Assembly (NCBI GenBank): GCA_000388065.2
Contig: KB932203.1
DNA from: Fonticula alba ATCC 38817
Taxonomy: Eukaryota > Protista > Nucleariida
Length of the DNA: 64,000 nucleotides
Direction: 5' to 3' (one strand)
The stretch's first letter is position 1; each line of letters begins with the position of its first letter. Under the pieces are notes generated by a model. It saw only the letters and a list, made by a program, of their open reading frames with translations. It was not told the DNA's origin and did not search any database. The position numbers and the translations under genes were made by a program. Positions 60,921-64,000 of this stretch are shown in pieces.

Positions 60921-61320
60921 CCTCCTCCGCTCGCCCCGCTTCCCCCCCCCCCCCCCCCCCCTGCTCACCCACGCTCAGTCGCCCTTCGAGCGTCGAGCCC
61001 TCCATCGACGCCGCCTCTCGCGCACCACCCTGTCTCTCTCCTTCCTCGAGAGCCCCCTCCCTTCTCTCCACCCAACCAGCCCTTCTTGCCCCTCCGAGTT
61101 CGAGCACCTCGACTCGGTTGTGATTGCTCTCTCCGCGCAGGACGCCGCCCCGTGCCTCCTGCCTCTTCCCGAGCCCGCCCTGAGCTCCCCCTCCTCCGCC
61201 GGTTCCCTCCTCTCCTCCCTGTTCCCCGCCGCCGAGACCACCGACACCACGCTCGGTCTCTGCGCCTTCCCTTCTTCGACCGCTACCACCCCCTTCCTCT
61301 CGCCATGCAGCACCCCTGCA

Positions 61321-63249
61321 ATGCTCGAATCGCCCGTGCCAACCCCGGCACCGCTTTGCCATTCGGCTCCCCTGATGGCAACCGGCACTTTGAACTCGCC
61401 GCCGGATCGGCGTACCGTTCCTCCCGCATGGTCATCCCGAGGAGCGGAGCGCGCCTGCCTACCCGCATCAACGGACCCGCCGGATCCTGCTTTGATAGTG
61501 CATGCACCCTCGCCTCCTCCGATACCGCCGCTCTCGCTCTCTGGCGCCGTCGCCGCTCCCCTGTCTCCTCCGCCGTTGGCGGCCGTCGCTCCGGTGCCCC
61601 CTCTGCCACCTTCTGCTTCGGCGCCCTGGCCGCTTCGACTCTTGATTGACAACGACGAGGTCCCGCCATTGCCGCCTCCATCTCTTGATGGTTCTCTCCC
61701 CACCGGCAATTCCACCACCTTCTTCGATGACAGTATCCCGATCCACCGCTCTCCCCTCCACACCGCCATCCCCCCCCTCCCCGCCGACGAGGAGGGTGCT
61801 GATGATGCTGCCGGCAGCCATGGTGCTGGTGAGGGTGCTGGTGGCCCCCCGCTGCTCCTGAGCTCGTCGCTGCCTTCCATGGCATTCTACGACTACCAGC
61901 GGCCCGACCACTCGGCCTTCCATGCTGGCGAAGTGTTCCCCTACCACCTCCTCGAGGGCCAGAGCTTCGAGCACGCCCATCCCCATCACCAGACCCACGA
62001 CCATGCTGATGGCCATGCGTTCCACCACCACCACCATCACCCCTCTCACCATCACCACCACACTGGCGGCGGCTACCATCACCCTCCGCAGCATGCCCTC
62101 CCGCCGTCGTCATCCTCCCAGCAGCCGCAGCCGCAGCCGCAGCCGCCTTTCCGCGCTCCCCACCTCGACCACGACCAGCCGAGCTTCCTGCAGGATTCCG
62201 ACCTGCAACACATGGGTCTGCTTGGGAATGGCTCCGATGTCGGGTCGCACACGGCCTCCTCCTCGGCGTCTTCTTCCTCGCTGGCCGGCAGCCTTTCTCC
62301 GTTGTCCACCTCTGTCTGCTCCTCGTCGGCTTCCCCTTCGCCGCCGCAGGGCTACTTCCCCCATTCCCTCGCCAGCCAGCAGGGGCATCCCCATGTTTCT
62401 GGCCCGGGTATGGATGCTTTGTCTGCAGCCGTCGTTGGCCACAGCGACTCCTGCTGCCCTCCGGTGTCGATGACTTTCCCCCCGTCGTCGTATCATTCCC
62501 ATCTTTCGGCGGTTGCCCCGATGCACTCGCAGTTCGATCACGTCTTCGCCGAATTGCATGATGCCTGGCACTCTGCCCATGATACTGGCGCCAGTGGCTA
62601 CAGCAGCGATGCCTCGAGCAACGGCTCCCCCGGTGGGCACTTTGACCACCACCTCTCGTCGTCTCCGGTGCAGCCCCTCCAGCACCGGACCCTGGGTGAT
62701 GGCGTTGCCCCTGTCGTTGGCGTTGCGCCGGTGACCGTTTCCCAGGCTGCTGGCGTTCCCCCCTCGCCCCAGTCCTCGGAGGAGTCTTCCCCGGTTCCGG
62801 CTGCCGCCGCTGTTGTTGCTTCTGCTGCTGCCCCCCCGGTGTCGACGGCTAGCCCCTCCTCGAGCCCGGCCCCGGCGCTCGCTCGTCGTGGTCGTCCGCC
62901 CGCCGCCACCCTGTCCAAGGCTGCCCTGCTGGTCGCCGCCGACACGGCTGGCTCTCGGGGGTCCTCGCCGGCTGTCGCGTCGCAGGCCCCCCTGTCCGAG
63001 GAGGAGCAGTACCAGCGCCGGCGCGAGGCCAACAACCTCTCCGCGCGCAAGTCCCGCCTTCGCCGCAAGCAGCGCGAGCTCAACACCAAGGCCGAGTCCG
63101 AGAAGCTGCAGGAGGTCAACTCCCAGTACCTGGACACCATCCGGGATCTGGAGCGCAAGGTGGCCCTTCAGGCCGAGCAGCTGTCCTTCTACAAGGCCCA
63201 GCTCGCTCGCTTCCAGGACTACATCCCCCTCCAGCACTCGGATGTCTGA
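61321..63249 (+). CDS. bZIP transcription factor, C/EBP/PAR-type basic region; intronless as modelled; start uncertain (ATG 61321, ~642 aa, or ATG 61879, ~456 aa)
   Basis: EEEQYQRRREANNLSARKSRLRRKQRE is followed by a heptad zipper (LQEVNSQYLDTIRDLERKVALQAEQL). The upstream region is His/Pro/Ser-rich and low-complexity. Confidence 0.88.
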   Translation: MLESPVPTPAPLCHSAPLMATGTLNSPPDRRTVPPAWSSRGAERACLPASTDPPDPALIVHAPSPPPIPPLSLSGAVAAPLSPPPLAAVAPVPPLPPSASAPWPLRLLIDNDEVPPLPPPSLDGSLPTGNSTTFFDDSIPIHRSPLHTAIPPLPADEEGADDAAGSHGAGEGAGGPPLLLSSSLPSMAFYDYQRPDHSAFHAGEVFPYHLLEGQSFEHAHPHHQTHDHADGHAFHHHHHHPSHHHHHTGGGYHHPPQHALPPSSSSQQPQPQPQPPFRAPHLDHDQPSFLQDSDLQHMGLLGNGSDVGSHTASSSASSSSLAGSLSPLSTSVCSSSASPSPPQGYFPHSLASQQGHPHVSGPGMDALSAAVVGHSDSCCPPVSMTFPPSSYHSHLSAVAPMHSQFDHVFAELHDAWHSAHDTGASGYSSDASSNGSPGGHFDHHLSSSPVQPLQHRTLGDGVAPVVGVAPVTVSQAAGVPPSPQSSEESSPVPAAAAVVASAAAPPVSTASPSSSPAPALARRGRPPAATLSKAALLVAADTAGSRGSSPAVASQAPLSEEEQYQRRREANNLSARKSRLRRKQRELNTKAESEKLQEVNSQYLDTIRDLERKVALQAEQLSFYKAQLARFQDYIPLQHSDV

Positions 63250-63689
63250 ATCGCCCGCCGTCATCAGCATCGTCGCCCCCATCGCTGTCGTTGCGCCCTG
63301 GCACCACCACCACCCTCCCCCGGGCCCACGACCCAGTAAGGTGGCTCTCCTCCTCCCCCCCCCCCATTGCATTGCCCCCTTTCCCCCCTTTCCTCCCTTC
63401 CGTGCAGTGCCCGCTGTTGAATGGCCTCGCGTTGGTCGCGATGGTGAGACCGTGAACGCATCGGGGCAGGGCCAGGGGGGGGAGGGGGAGGCGGGCGGGG
63501 CCCCGGCTGGGGCTCCTCCAATCCATTGGAGTTGCCCCCTTCGCCGCCCCTCCGCCCCCCCCCCCCCCCCCCCCCCCAAGGGAGGGGGAAGTGACTCGAG
63601 GTCGAGTCCCCGAGCGACTGGACAAAGCGAGAGATCGAACGGGAGGAGGGAGAGTGAGCGGCACAATCGGCGGGAAGTTGACCGTCCAG

Positions 63690-63890
63690 GAGGACCCGGA
63701 AGAGCCAGGAATTCGAGCATGCGGAGCAGCTCCGCGTCAGTCGTGCCGCCTCGGACGAGTCCCTGCGCGAGCTCCAGGCCGAGCTGCACACCCTGCGCAG
63801 CCAGCTGTCCCTGGTCCAGGGGCAGCTCCAGGCGGCCGTCACTTCGCGCGCTGCCGCCGAGGCGGTGACCGCCCAGTCGCGCGAGGCGCT

Positions 63891-63892
<2 letters not shown>
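63690..63892 (+). CDS. Coding-like coiled-coil exon fragment (…EFEHAEQLRVSRAASDESLRELQAELHTLRSQLSLVQGQLQAAV…); parent gene unclear
   Basis: Strong GC3 codon bias (CTG, GCC, GAG, CAG) and heptad leucines. An in-frame TGA at 63679 implies a splice acceptor (CAG at 63687-63689 or 63706-63708). The fragment ends in a poly-C tract. Confidence 0.5.
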
Positions 63893-63933
<41 letters not shown>

Positions 63934-64000
63934 TGCCCCGTCTTCGGTCTCATCTCTCTCTCGCCGCCCGTGAGCGCTGTTCACACATAAATTTCTTCGT

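Noticed and set aside
60202-61320. Treating the whole 1015-aa ORF (60202-63249) as the bZIP protein
   Set aside because: It starts at GTG upstream of the TATA-like element, has no in-frame ATG until 61321, and the 5' part is CT-microsatellite-rich like UTR or intron sequence.

Overview
GC-rich, intron-rich eukaryotic genomic scaffold. No prokaryotic genes, CRISPR arrays, rRNA, convincing tRNA or recognisable transposon were found. Poly-C/CT/CA-rich introns, GC3-rich codons and gene content suggest a unicellular opisthokont; it resembles Fonticula alba from memory, which is unverified. By manual splice modelling I resolve 11 protein-coding genes plus one coding fragment: MYBBP1A/Pol5 (+), a secreted M28 aminopeptidase (+), an MFSD8/CLN7-like transporter (+), SBDS (-), BMS1 (-), a divergent TAF1A/Rrn11-like Pol I factor (+), a HECT E3 ligase (-), PSMD7/Rpn8 (+), a membrane-anchored metallophosphoesterase (+), APRT (-), an RNI-like LRR protein (+), a C/EBP/PAR-type bZIP (+) and a coiled-coil fragment at the right end. 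The most striking observation is that, as assembled, BMS1 and the TAF1A/Rrn11-like gene are interleaved head-to-head. Each has its first exon(s) and promoter inside a ~1.4 kb intron of the other. A local misassembly (a circularly permuted 2.3 kb contig between two gaps) explains the data about equally well and must be excluded first. Other highlights: four ribosome-biogenesis genes within 34 kb; a one-LRR-per-exon, phase-1 gene; an ATF4-like uORF arrangement upstream of the bZIP; a HECT domain split by two ~270-aa acidic inserts; and 5' splice sites that never carry A at +4. The assembly has 10 N-gaps and an embedded Illumina adapter, so fine-scale structure needs caution.
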